A stretch of 63,983 nt of DNA, the filler included, from Octopus bimaculoides (taxonomy: Eukaryota), in the NCBI RefSeq assembly GCF_001194135.2. It is 5 parts of 5 records of this genome, joined end to end, with 100 filler letters (N's around TTAATTAATTAA, not from the genome) between each part and the next. Parts side by side here need not be neighbours in the genome. Positions count along the whole stretch, not along the records: positions 1 to 19,849 come from NC_068986.1; positions 19,950 to 33,402 come from NW_026296462.1; 3 more parts are not named here. One strand, written 5' to 3'. The position numbers were made by a program, and so were the translations under genes. The notes beneath the pieces were generated by a model, which searched no databases, was not told the origin of the DNA, and worked only from the letters and a program-made list of their open reading frames with translations. Shown here one piece after another: positions 12,874 to 25,965 of the stretch (the first letter of the stretch is position 1; each line of letters begins with the position of its first letter).

Positions 12874-13487
12874 TACGAGGGGTTACCCAAAGAAACCGAA
12901 ATTTTGCAACATTATTTTAATCACTTCATTTTACATGTTTACACTTTCATCGCCTATAAAATACTTCCCGTTTGAAACAATGCATCGGCCCACTCACGTT
13001 TTCTACTGTTCGAAGCAGTGCTGGAACTCATGTGAAGTGATTGCTTTTTAACGCCTCTGTCATTTTTTTCTTCACCTCTTCCACATCTGCAAATTCCGTA
13101 GCACCAGCTTTCATCAGCAGAGATGACCTTCGAAAAAAAGGCCTGGATTAACTTCCATCTGTTCTTTCAGTTTACGACACGCATTCAGTTATGGCTGCTT
13201 TTGATCTTCCGTGAGCAAGCGAAGCACATATTTTGCTGCAACTCTTTTCATTTGCAATGCCTTGCTCAAAATTCGTTGGTAGTCATATCAACAAGTTTGG
13301 TGACAGCCCCCCCAACATCAGTTCATGAATTTCCATGATGTTTTCATTCAATCGGGGGGGGGGGGGTCGTCATAAACGAGGCTGGTTTTTCAAGCAACAA
13401 GTGACCATTCCTAAAACGTAGAAACCACTCGTAAACTTGTGTTTTGCTCATGGCAGCGTCCTTGCAAGCTGTTTGATGCGATGTTGT
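12874..13487 (-). mobile_element. Mariner deletion derivative (same family as 57188-57953)
   Basis: Terminal tacgaggggttacc; ADESWCYG fused directly to FADVEEVKK...CFEQ; 5' part truncated near 13487. Confidence 0.85.
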
Positions 13488-13488
13488 C

Positions 13489-13527
13489 TAAGAGTACCAA
13501 CGAATTTGAATCAAACTGTTTTGATCC
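13489..13527 (+). repeat. Solo fragment of HHR family E
   Basis: agagtaccaacgaatttgaatcaaactgttttgatcc matches the arms of the 50912-51071 palindrome. Confidence 0.8.
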
Positions 13528-13992
13528 CCCTCTCTCTTTCTTTCTCTCTCTTTCTCTTTCTCTCTCTCTCTCTATATATATATGTGTGTGTGTGTGTTTA
13601 TATATATATACACATATATATATTCATATATATATGTGCATACATACGTACATACATATATATATACATACACACACACACACAATTGTTATATACTCAG
13701 TTCTTTTATTTTCATTTATATAAAGACTAAACTGAACAACAGTCACATTTTTGATAGAACATTTTTAAATGAAAATCTATTCTCCACTCACACGAATGCC
13801 CGTGCGAACATACACGAATCCATTCAAAGAGTATAACATAATTTGATTAAGATACCGTGATACATGCCAGCACACACGCGTACGCACGTAGTGATCATAA
13901 GAGTGTTTGGTTCAGCTAATAGAAATGATATAAACAAATAGTAATTAAAATATTCTCGGTCAAAATTAATATATGTGTGTGTCAATACACAC

Positions 13993-14082
13993 ACTGTCAA
14001 TATACTATATATATTCTACATATTAATGAATGCATTTACTGTCAATATATTATATATATTCTACATATTAATGAATGCATTT
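13993..14082. repeat. 45-bp perfect-length tandem duplication (1 mismatch)
   Basis: actgtcaatata(c/t)tatatatattctacatattaatgaatgcattt twice. Confidence 0.9.
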
Positions 14083-14949
14083 ATGTATGAGTGTGTGTAT
14101 ATATATATACGTATATATATATATATATATATATATATATNNNNNNNNNNNNNNNNNNNNNNNNNNNNNNNNNNNNNNNNNNNNNNNNNNNNNNNNNNNN
14201 NNNNNNNNNNNNNNNNNNNNNNNNNNNNNNNNNNNNNNNNNNNNNNNNNNNNNNNNNNNNNNNNNNNNNNNNNNNNNNNNNNNNNNNNNNNNNNNNNNNN
14301 NNNNNNNNNNNNNNNNNNNNNNNNNNNNNNNNNNNNNNNNNNNNNNNNNNNNNNNNNNNNNNNNNNNNNNNNNNNNNNNNNNNNNNNNNNNNNNNNNNNN
14401 NNNNNNNNNNNNNNNNNNNNNNNNNNNNNNNNNNNNNNNNNNNNNNNNNNNNNNNNNNNNNNNNNNNNNNNNNNNNNNNNNNNNNNNNNNNNNNNNNNNN
14501 NNNNNNNNNNNNNNNNNNNNNNNNNNNNNNNNNNNNNNNNNNNNNNNNNNNNNNNNNNNNNNNNNNNNNNNNNNNNNNNNNNNNNNNNNNNNNNNNNNNN
14601 NNNNNNNNNNNNNNNNNNNNNNNNNNNNNNNNNNNNNNNNNNNNNNNNNNNNNNNNNNNNNNNNNNNNNNNNNNNTATATATTTATATATAAATGACATA
14701 GAATAATGTAATATAAAATTAATTAAATTAAATAGAATAATATAAGATAGTATAATATACAGTTGTCCTCCGTCGAAACTGCGGAAACACACGCCATACT
14801 ATTTGCATGCTTTCACTTCAATATGTTTTCTGTTTTCGTCATATTTTTTTTTCCTTTCTACCTTTCCTACTCAGAATCTCTACTTCGTCGTTTCCATTTC
14901 ACTCTTTCATTTTCCTATCATTTCACTTCCATCTTACTCCTTCCATAGA

Positions 14950-15295
14950 TTGATACAGTGCACCTTGGGCAAGTGTCTTCTACTATAGCTTCGGGCCGAC
15001 CAGAGCCTTGTGAGTGGATTTGGCAGACGGAAACTGAAAGAAGACCGTCGTATATATGTATATATGTATGCGTATGTATATGTTTGTGTGTCTGTGTTTG
15101 TCCCCCCAACATCGCTTGACAGCCGATGGTGGTGTGTTTACTTCTCTGTAACTTAGCGGTTCGGGAAAAGTGACCGATAGGATAAGTGCTAGACTTACAA
15201 AGAATAAGTCCTGGGGTCGATTTGCTCGACTAAAGGCGGTGCTCCAGCATGGCTGCAGTCAAATGACTGAAACAAGTAAAAGTAAAAAAAGAGAG
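14950..15295 (+). mobile_element. CORE-like SINE, 5'-truncated
   Basis: caccttgggcaagtgtcttctactatagc...aataagtcctggggtcgatttgctcgact...gactgaaacaagtaaaa. Confidence 0.85.
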
Positions 15296-15306
15296 TAATG
15301 TATATA

Positions 15307-15354
<48 letters not shown>

Positions 15355-15998
15355 CATACATACATACACACATTCACACATATATACACAAAGCCAATCA
15401 ATTCATCCGTCTCACTATGTGCTTTTCGATCAAACATTTCCGCAGTAAATGCAATGATCGGAGTGAATAAAATAATATATGTACAAGATAAAAAAGGATA
15501 AAAAGTGGCTTGCATGCTTTAAAACTGAAGAGTTAAAAATTAATATAAGTCTATAATTATACATAAAATTATATACAATTATAATGAAGAGTACTGGGAA
15601 AAGTGCGAACATGCTAAAAGTAGAAGTCAAAACAACTCTAAACCATTTAAACAAACCAACAACGGTTGTGAGGTAGTGATGGGGACAAACCTAAACACAG
15701 ACACACGCACATACACGCGCGCGCACACGCGCACACACTCACACACACACACACACACACACATACACACAGAGGCACTATTATAGCCTTGTGAGTTCAT
15801 TTTGAAGACGGAAACTGAAAAAAGCTCGTTCTCTCTGTGTGTGGGGGTGTTTCTGACTTTGTGCTCGGGTTTGTCCCCAACCAGTCTTCATTTTGTCTAC
15901 GTCACACTAACACAGCAGTTCGGCAAAAATAAAAATGGGATAGATACTATAATTGTCCTATGTAACAAGTAAGATTCACATATTTGAGTATTTCAATA

Positions 15999-16914
15999 TA
16001 CGAGGGTGCTCTGAAAATTCACTAGGCTGACTATGAAAGAGTGAAAAATCTTGCATCCATTAATTTCAATCCATCTTATTAATAACTGCATTGTTTCTTA
16101 CCAGGTAGACACCTGACTGTTCAAGGAAAACTTCAAAAGTAACTGGGAGTGACGTTTCTTGAAAATGGATAAAATTTGTATCGTGATGTTATTATGTACC
16201 TGCAGAAAAAGGGTTTAGTTTCCAAGGACATTCATGCTAATATTATTACTACCTTAGGGGATTATGCTTCAGATGTAACAACATTGCAAAAGTGGGCAGT
16301 TGAATTTAGGAGGGATATCTTGAAGATGACTGAAGGGATATCTTGAAGACGACTCAAGGTCTGGACGTCCTATAACTGCCATTACTGAGGAAAACATTGA
16401 TCGTGTTCATCACATGCTGATGGATGACAGGCATTTGACTATAAATATGCTAATAGCATATGTCGTGAGAGAGTTGAGAATATTCTGCAAAATGATATTG
16501 ACATGACGAAGATTTCTGCTCAGTGAGTGCCTCATCTACTGACACATGATCAAAGGGGCACCAGGTTGATTCTATCATGGTAAAATCTGACATTGTTTGA
16601 GATAGATCCAGCTCGTTTCCTTGAACGTTTCCTAAACCAGGATGAGTACTGGGTTCATCACTTGAGTCAGAGTCAAAGAGACACTTCATGCAGTGGAAAC
16701 ACGCCTCCTCACCTGCTCCACGGAAGGCCAAGATCATTTCATCTGCAGGGAAAGTGATGGCCTCACTTTTTGGAATACAAAAAGCATTGTGTTTATTGAC
16801 TATCTTCAAAAGGACCACATCATCAATTGAGAGTGCTATGCCAATTTGCTGAGATAGTTACGAAATTTTCTTTCTACAGTCAGATGTCAGTTTACTTTCT
16901 AGCCCACCTTCGTA
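15999..16914 (+). mobile_element. Mariner element with both TIRs, C-terminal half of the transposase deleted
   Basis: TIRs tacgagggtgctctgaaaa and ttctagcccaccttcgta; MDKI..., DDSRSGRP, QDEYWVHH, frameshifted AGKV..FW-like region. Confidence 0.85.
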
Positions 16915-16987
16915 GTTGAATTTGCGTTTACATACACAAATTCAGAAAAGGACACACACAGACACAGACACAGACACACAGACACAT

Positions 16988-17029
<42 letters not shown>

Positions 17030-17808
17030 GCACGCACGTGGACACACACATAGTACTTACACACAAATACGTAAATACTAATTGTTACTAATTTACGCTC
17101 ACCGATATAGAATAAGGTGTCTCATCCAGATGAAGCAACATATGTACGCAATACAATATGCAGTACTGCGTACACGCTCACAGACCTCATTCCGTAATAA
17201 CATTTATCGAAAGCAAAATATATTCTGTCCTCACGAAACCAAATTTAATTCATTCTGGATCTAAGCTTACAGCACTTAGGTTTCATAACGTTACTCGTAT
17301 TATAAAAATTCAACTTCGAAGGCGGAGGAAATGATGCTTGCATAACATCAAAAGAGTTGCCATTTACTGTATTCCATGCATTAAATTAACATTTTATAAT
17401 GAAGTGGAAATCATTTGCTTTTATATTCAATAATTAATAAAGTTATTCTAATCTCAGTAGGCATTGCATACATTCCATATTCAGACACATCCTTGATATA
17501 CATATATATATACACGTATGTATATAAAAATGGGTATGTGTACCGTGTACATACATACATAAACACAAACACATAGATAGATATGTGTGTATGTGTATAC
17601 ACACATACAACACACACACATATATATAAACATATATATGCATATACATACATGCACATACATACACACACTCACAAAAACCTGACGAATAATAGCATAT
17701 TGCATACTGCACAAGATAAAGTTTTGAATTTTCGAAAGAATCTCAATGATAAAAAATTTTGAAAATCAATATTTTATATATATATATATGTTTATAAAGG
17801 TTTACATG

Positions 17809-17874
<66 letters not shown>

Positions 17875-18380
17875 CGTGTATTTATAATGGTATATGTCAA
17901 TTTATATATATATATATATATATAATTATGTGTATTTCTTCTATCTTAATGAATAAAAATTCTTCTGATAGAATAAATGGGTTAATAGAAACCAATGTAG
18001 CAAAGAACANNNNNNNNNNNNNNNNNNNNNNNNNNNNNNNNNNNNNNNNNNNNNNNNNNNNNNNNNNNNNNNNNNNNNNNNNNNNNNNNNNNNNNNNNNN
18101 NNNNNNNNNNNNNNNNNNNNNNNNNNNNNNNNNNNNNNNNNNNNNNNNNNNNNNNNNNNNNNNNNNNNNNNNNNNNNNNNNNNNNNNNNNNNNNNNNNNN
18201 NNNNNNNNNNNNNNNNNNNNNNNNNNNNNNNNNNNNNNNNNNNNNNNNNNNNNNNNNNNNNNNNNNNNNNNNNNNNNNNNNNNNNNNNNNNNNNNNNNNN
18301 NNNNNNNNNNNNNNNNNNNNNNTATATATATATATATATATATATAACAAAATGGAATTAGCAGAGCAAGTCGGAAAATA

Positions 18381-18420
18381 TTGCTGAGGAGGTCACAGAT
18401 GTGTGACGAAAGATTTCTGG
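18381..18420 (+). ncRNA. Hammerhead-like motif, family B
   Basis: CTGAGGA (18384-18390)-G-GTCAC(AGATGT)GTGAC-GAAA-GATTTC; stem I weak. Confidence 0.55.
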
Positions 18421-18520
18421 ACAATGGACAAAAGTTAGAATAAGGACTGTAATAAATGAGTGAAGAACGAGTATATAGTGCGTGTGTTTATTTGGCAAAA
18501 AAAAAAAAAGAATGATCGGG
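18381..18520 (+). mobile_element. HHR-bearing dispersed repeat, family B, solo copy
   Basis: Shares gctga(a/g)gaggtcacagatgtgtgacgaaagatttc(c/t)ggacaatgg...gtgcgtgtgtttatttggcaaaa with 35832-36089. Confidence 0.8.
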
Positions 18521-19793
18521 AATAGTAGGAAAGTAGTAATTGCTCACCACAACCCAATAAACACTAAGCATAACGTATTATTCACTCTGGGAGCATGTTT
18601 CTCCACTTCCTATTTCCACCCTTCCTCGTCTGCTTTAATGTCTGTGTATTGTGCTGAATACCTTTATTACAATGCTTTTATCTTTATCATTTTTTTAATT
18701 TCCCTATTTTGTAATCTAATTTTAACATATTGTTTTTTATATCATTGTGTTGTGTCCATGCAAATATGTACAACAAAATCTATTTAATGTGTGTGTATGA
18801 GTGCGTCGTGTTTGTGTGTGCGCGCGCATAAATGAACGCATGTGTGTGTGTGTGTGCGTGTGTACGGCAACTATTCGTATCTATGTTTTATGTGTGACAA
18901 ACTGTTGACTATCTTCTTTTTGCAGTTGACCTGACCAACAAAAATACACATTCGCTTCTTTAAACCGAACATTTTCCTTTCTAATTCTTTCCATCTGATT
19001 GTATCTTTGCACCAGTTTCTCAATAATGCACTCGTCTCCCTCTTTGTCTTTGGAATCTACCACTTTCCTTCTTTAGACCATCTCCTCATACATGCATTTA
19101 CTTCCTCTCTCCTATTTCATGTCATTCTCCATGGCGACCCAATTCAAGTCGAATGATGTTGAAGTAAAACCTATCTCTACTTCGAAAAATCAAAATATCT
19201 ATTCCCACTCAGTTGCATCCAAACTTGAAAGGATTTTACACTGTTCTTGTAAATACGAATTTTACAACGGAAACAAATATTTGTGTCCCTGAATTCTGGA
19301 TTTTCTACAGACACACACACGCATATTTATTTGAAGTCAAGTCCTACGAAGAGCTTGTCTTTTGTAATTAATAATTTGAACGAATTTGGTCTCTGTAAGG
19401 TTTGATAATACAATACATAAATTCATGCATGCATACTTGCGTAATACATACATACATACATACATACATGTTTGGATGTATATATATGTATATATATAAC
19501 ACACACACAACCACACGCACACACAAACACGTATACACAGTTGGAGACCAAACACATACACACAGGTGGAGACACTCAAATGAGAACATCTAACCCAAAA
19601 GAAAATCCTAATTCTTTCTTCAACAAGACATTCATCACAACATACACACCAAACACAGCTGGTCAAATTCCAAACATTCCTATTTTGGAGAGGGGGGACC
19701 AATCGGTTAGATCGACCCCAGTACTGGTACTTAATTTATCGACCCCGAAAGAATGTAAGGCAAAGTCGATCTCGGCGGAATTTGAACTCATTC

Positions 19794-19837
<44 letters not shown>

Positions 19838-19893
19838 CACACACACACANNNNNNNNNNNNNNNNNNNNNNNNNNNNNNNNNNNNNNNNNNNN

Positions 19894-19905
19894 TTAATTA
19901 ATTAA
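19894..19905. other. Assembly spacer TTAATTAATTAA within N44/N44 (not biological)
   Basis: Same 100-bp construct at four places in the window. Confidence 0.9.
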
Positions 19906-19951
19906 NNNNNNNNNNNNNNNNNNNNNNNNNNNNNNNNNNNNNNNNNNNNTA

Positions 19952-19983
<32 letters not shown>

Positions 19984-20099
19984 TTTAGATACCTGCATGA
20001 AGCGTCCATTATGTTACTGCACATACACACACGAGCACAAACATATATGCGTATTTGTGTGTCTATACCCATTATTGAACATACATATATATAAATGTG

Positions 20100-20143
<44 letters not shown>

Positions 20144-22182
20144 ACAATATGCATATATATATATATATACATATATACTAATGTATATGTATATATATAT
20201 ATATATATGTATGTATATAAATATAGATATATATACACACATATACATAGGTATATATATATGTGATAAATATTTGCAATATATGTATGTAGATACTTAT
20301 ATAAACAGTTGCATACATACACGTGTTCCTACTTAAAGACGTACATAACACTACACATAGAGATATAAAGCATTACATCCATAGGCTCTCTCTTTCTCTC
20401 TCTCACTCTCTCACTTTCTCTCCCTCCTTCTTTCTCTCTTTCACCTAACGCTCCCCCCCCCACTCTTCTCCCCACACACCTATCTTCTTAAACGTTGTTC
20501 CACTCGTTCCGCTCAGTCGATCCTCCATTTACTATTCGGCAATGCTCTTTCCTCCTCTTACCCACAACATAAAGCCATCAATTTTCCTACCGTTGATCCA
20601 CACAAGACTCCCCCACTCCATCCCCCCCCACCACCTGCTCCGATTCACCACCACCAAATCCTAATCGTATTCCTTTGAAATGCGTAAACGTAAAATAACA
20701 CGCCTTCACGGATNNNNNNNNNNNNNNNNNNNNNNNNNNNNNNNNNNNNNNNNNNNNNNNNNNNNNNNNNNNNNNNNNNNNNNNNNNNNNNNNNNNNNNN
20801 NNNNNNNNNNNNNNNNNNNNNNNNNNNNNNNNNNNNNNNNNNNNNNNNNNNNNNNNNNNNNNNNNNNNNNNNNNNNNNNNNNNNNNNNNNNNNNNNNNNN
20901 NNNNNNNNNNNNNNNNNNNNNNNNNNNNNNNNNNNNNNNNNNNNNNNNNNNNNNNNNNNNNNNNNNNNNNNNNNNNNNNNNNNNNNNNNNNNNNNNNNNN
21001 NNNNNNNNNNNNNNNNNNNNNNNNNNNNNNNNNNNNNNNNNNNNNNNNNNNNNNNNNNNNNNNNNNNNNNNNNNNNNNNNNNNNNNNNNNNNNNNNNNNN
21101 NNNNNNNNNNNNNNNNNNNNNNNNNNNNNNNNNNNNNNNNNNNNNNNNNNNNNNNNNNNNNNNNNNNNNNNNNNNNNNNNNNNNNNNNNNNNNNNNNNNN
21201 NNNNNNNNNNNNNNNNNNNNNNNNNNNNNNNNNNNNNNNNNNNNNNNNNNNNNNNNNNNNNNNNNNNNNNNNNNNNNNNNNNNNNNNNNNNNNNNNNNNN
21301 NNNNNNNNNNNNNNNNNNNNNNNNNNNNNNNNNNNNNNNNNNNNNNNNNNNNNNNNNNNNNNNNNNNNNNNNNNNNNNNNNNNNNNNNNNNNNNNNNNNN
21401 NNNNNNNNNNNNNNNNNNNNNNNNNNNNNNNNNNNNNNNNNNNNNNNNNNNNNNNNNNNNNNNNNNNNNNNNNNNNNNNNNNNNNNNNNNNNNNNNNNNN
21501 NNNNNNNNNNNNNNNNNNNNNNNNNNNNNNNNNNNNNNNNNNNNNNNNNNNNNNNNNNNNNNNNNNNNNNNNNNNNNNNNNNNNNNNNNNNNNNNNNNNN
21601 NNNNNNNNNNNNNNNNNNNNNNNNNNNNNNNNNNNNNNNNNNNNNNNNNNNNNNNNNNNNNNNNNNNNNNNNNNNNNNNNNNNNNNNNNNNNNNNNNNNN
21701 NNNNNTATATATATATATGTGTATATATATATATACATACATGGAAGCTTACCTGCATGGTTACAAAGGTACATGTATAAGTATGTCGACATACACAAAG
21801 AAACACCTGACGAAAACACACATACACACGTACACACTGGCGAACACACATATGCACATGCACACACACACGTATATAGATAGAATGAGAATCACGCGCA
21901 CATATACTGATGTATTTATACAAAAATATACGCATGTATAACAACTTACAAGTGTATATAAAATGTGCATACATATAATCATGTATATAGATATATATAC
22001 GTACGTATACATATATATACATATATTTACATATTTACATAAGTATATGCATATATATTTATATACACATATATATACATACATATATTTACATATATAC
22101 TTATATATGTGTATGTGCGTGTATATATATATGTATAATATGCATGTATATGCATACACATATGTGTATTTATTTATCTATA

Positions 22183-22217
<35 letters not shown>

Positions 22218-22749
22218 NNNNNNNNNNATGTATGTATGTATGTATGTATGTATGTATCCATATGCACGAAGGGAAATATATATTGAATTAGAAGGACATT
22301 TGTGCACATGGACCCATGCGATTACTCATGCGGGAAAACCATTTCGCTATTTATGCAAATGTACATTTTTCGCGCCTCTCGCATACCCGTTCGCCTGATC
22401 GTGCTTGTGTGACATTATGCATCGTATGAGTCTATGCGTGTGTGTGTTCGTTTTGAAATGTGTTCAGCCCTCGATTTTCCCGCTTCGTACGAACTCGGAT
22501 CTGTCTAAGCGAAAACAGAGCCTTGGCTGATGTCTAATTAATCTCCACTCCCGGTGATCGCCTATATACTCTCACGACGCTACCGGCTCCAGCATTCGAT
22601 CCTGGCAAGTGATTGGTCAATTAGCTGTAAGGGGACTTGCGCTATGATAGCGGGTCGCTGCATAAGTGCTTGGAAGCAATCTGGCTGGTAGGTTCAGGCC
22701 CAGGGCCAAAAGATTGTTTTTACTCTTAATATCAAAACAAACCGGTATA

Positions 22750-23000
22750 TAATAATGGCTTCAAATTGTAGCTCAAGGCCAGTAATATCGGGGGTAGAAT
22801 TATGTAGATTACATCCACCCCCACCCCCTGGGCTGAACAGGTACTTGTTTCATCGACCCCGAAATGACGAAGAGTGAAGTCGACCAAATGATGACAGACA
22901 AAACCGACCTCGGCAGAATTTGAACTCACAACGTAAAGATTGACGAAATACCGCTAAGCATTTCGGCTGGCCTGCTGACGACTCTGCTAGTTCGCCGACT
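22750..23000 (-). mobile_element. Abundant SINE copy
   Basis: atcgaccccgaa...cctcggcagaatttgaactcacaacgtaaag...ccgctaagcattt...ctgctagttcgcc. Confidence 0.8.
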
Positions 23001-23016
23001 TAAACACACGTATGAT

Positions 23017-23036
23017 GATAATAATAATAATAATAA

Positions 23037-23067
<31 letters not shown>

Positions 23068-23082
23068 AAGAAGAAGAAGAAG

Positions 23083-23116
<34 letters not shown>

Positions 23117-23495
23117 GCAACAACAGCAACAACAACAACAACAACAGCAACACAACAACAACAACAACAACAATAATAATAATAAAAATAATAATAATAA
23201 GAAGAAGAAGAAGAAGAAGAGGAGGAGGAAGAAGAAGAAGAAGACGATAATAAGAAGAGGAGGAGGAAGAAGAAGAAGAACAAGAAGAAGTAGAAGAAGA
23301 AGAAGAAGAGGAGGAGGAGGTAGAAGAAGAAGAAGAAGAAGAACAACAACAACAACAACAACAACACAACAACAACAACAATAATAATAATAATAAAAAT
23401 AAGAAGAAGAAGAAGAAGAAGAACAACAACAACAACAACAACAACACAACAGCAACAACAATAATAATAATAAAAATAATAATAAAAATAATAAA

Positions 23496-23552
<57 letters not shown>
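23017..23552. repeat. Composite trinucleotide array (AAT/AAG/AAC/GAG/CAG)
   Basis: Directly visible; generates the poly-L/F/S/C ORFs at 22926-23656. Confidence 0.95.
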
Positions 23553-23553
<1 letters not shown>

Positions 23554-23559
23554 GTAACG

Positions 23560-24180
23560 ATAATAAGCTTGAAGGTCTGTTACATATTGTGAAAGCATTC
23601 AAGTAATGACAGCAGGAGGGAACGGAATTCGGTCCTAATGAACGTAGGAAAGTCACTTACCAGAAAGGAAAATTCAAGACCTCCCACCCAGTGGTGTTGA
23701 ATGTTGACACAGTCGTAAAAGAACTCGAGCAGGGAACAAACTTAGAAATACCTCGGAATAAATGAAGGCTCTGGCATTCAGCATGCAAGCATGAAAGAGA
23801 GGATCGGGAAGGAACGTTTACAGGAGAGATCGAGCAGTCCTAAAATACGATTTTAATGCTAGGAACGGGGTGTTACCTATAAATGCCTTCGCAGTTCCAG
23901 TTGTTATTTTCAGCTTCAATGTGTTTAACTGGAATATGAGTGAAGTAAGGAAGATTGACAGGGAAACCCGTAAGCTGCTGATTTGCAATAAGATGCACCA
24001 CCCAAAGGCAGATGCAGATCGTCTTTACCTTCCCAGATCCCAAGGAGGTCGAGGTTTGATCCAATTTGAAATCTCTTGCAATGCCACCACAAATGGACTG
24101 GAACAATATCTTGAAACATCTCCCGATTGGATGCTAAATCTCGTTGAAAATCACGACAGACGTAGGGGCCTCATTTTGTT
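23560..24180 (+). mobile_element. R4/Dong-type LINE RT-thumb fragment
   Basis: KYLGINEGSGIQHASMKERI...INAFAVPVVIFSF...KIDRETRKLL...HHPKADADRLYLPRSQGGRGLIQ. Confidence 0.9.
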
Positions 24181-24195
24181 ATGACAGAGAACAAG

Positions 24196-24585
24196 TTGTT
24201 GTAGTTGGCACTCCGTCGCTTACGACGTCGAGGGTTCCAATTGATCCGATCAACGGAACAGCCTGCTCGTGAAATTAACGTGCAAGTGGCTGAGCACTCC
24301 ACAGACACGTGTACCCTTAACGCAGTTCTCGGGGATATTCAGCGTGACACAGAGTGTGACAATGCTGACCCTTTGAATTACAGGCACAACAGAAACAGGA
24401 AGTAACAGTGAGAGAAAGTTGTGGTGGAAGAGTACAGCAGGGTTCGCCACCATCCCCTGCCGGAGCCTCGTGGAGCTTTAGGTGTTTTAGCTCAATAAAC
24501 ACTCACAACGCCCGGTCTGGGAATCGAAACCGCGATCCTATGACCACGAGTCTGTTGCCCTAACCACTGGGCCATTGCGCCTCCA
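24196..24585 (-). mobile_element. Full-length tRNA-derived SINE (about 390 bp family)
   Basis: Minus-strand head GGAGGCGCAATGGCCCAGTGGTTAGGGC (A box) and GGTTTCGATTCCC (B box); body shared with 30220 and 31325. Confidence 0.9.
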
Positions 24586-24599
24586 CTACGGAGAACAAG

Positions 24600-24840
24600 A
24601 GATGAAAGGCAAAGTCCACTTCGGCGTAATTTGAACTCAGAAAGTCTTCAAGACGGACGAAATGCCGCTAAGCATTTTGCTCGGAGTGCTAATGCTTCTG
24701 CCAGCTCACCATAATATTGGTTTCAAATTTTGGCACCAGACCAGCAATTTTAGAAGAGGGGCTAAATCTATTAGATCGACCCCTAGGCTCAACCGGTAAT
24801 TATTTTAGCGATCGCGTTAGAATTTTTCCCGGCGTGTTAA
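24600..24840 (-). mobile_element. Abundant SINE fragments
   Basis: gatgaaaggcaaagtccacttcggcgtaatttgaactcag...ccgctaagcatt...ctgccagctcacc. Confidence 0.75.
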
Positions 24841-24931
24841 ATGATTATTGTAACTGGTTTGCTTCAGGCTCGTTCTGGTACAATTTATGTAGGTAGCGAG
24901 GTACTACCTGTAGCCTTAGGTATCCACTAGC

Positions 24932-24978
<47 letters not shown>

Positions 24979-25322
24979 GTCAAGACGAAGACCGCTATTC
25001 GATTGTATAGATATTTTATTCGTTGAACAATATTTCGACAGTACGTCTGTCTTTGTCAAGTTCACGAAGTCCATTTGCCCAGGATTGGGTTCAACACTGG
25101 GGTCTAGTGAAACTGACAGGGCTGACAAGCCAACTGTAAGAAGGAATAAAACGCAAAAGCTGTAATTTACCAAAGCAGCCGGGTGTCTAAGGAAAATCGT
25201 AATGTAAATTACAGCTTTTGTAATATTACTGTCAAAATATTTTGTACAATCTATACAATCGAATCGCGCTTTTCGTTTTGACTATTTGCCTTCGTGAAGA
25301 GTTACGTCAATCCTTTTAAACA

Positions 25323-25368
<46 letters not shown>

Positions 25369-25736
25369 GCCTTTGCACAGTTTCTAATGCTGGAGATGTA
25401 CTACCGTGTCAGCTGTTCACTACCAGTGAACTAAGGTAACACCTCTTATTTTTCGAGCACCTTCCGGAGTATTCAAGCGGTTCCAAGCAGTGCTGTTTTC
25501 TACATGTGCTCCAGCCTTATTGCAGCCCCTATTTGTTCCACGTTGCTTCCTTACTAACCACATGGTTCCGTATTCAGTCCCACTGTGTAGCACCTTGGGC
25601 ATGTGGTTTCTACTATAGCCTTTCAATCTCTCTATCAATCAAATGATAATACATTTATGTATTCTCATAATGCATTTCTCAACTACCACATACACATATA
25701 TAACAACACAATACTTTACGAAATATATATATATAT

Positions 25737-25779
<43 letters not shown>

Positions 25780-25785
25780 TAATAT

Positions 25786-25965
25786 GCACAGGAGTTGGTG
25801 TGTGGTAAGTAGCTTGCTTACCAACCACATGGTTCCGGGTTCATTCTCACTGCGTGGCACCTTGGGCAAGTGTCTTCTACTATAGCCTCAGGCCAACCAA
25901 AGCCTTGTATGTATGTGCGTGTGTATGTTTGTGTGTCTGTGTTTGGGTCCCCCCCCCCAACATCA
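25786..25965 (+). mobile_element. CORE-like tRNA-derived SINE, 5' part with head
   Basis: gcacaggagttggtgtgtggtaag...ggttccgggttca...caccttgggcaagtgtct; the ccttgggcaag block resembles the CORE domain. Confidence 0.8.

Noticed and set aside
17680-17720. CTGACGA as a hammerhead core
   Set aside because: No GAAA or helix III at a usable distance.
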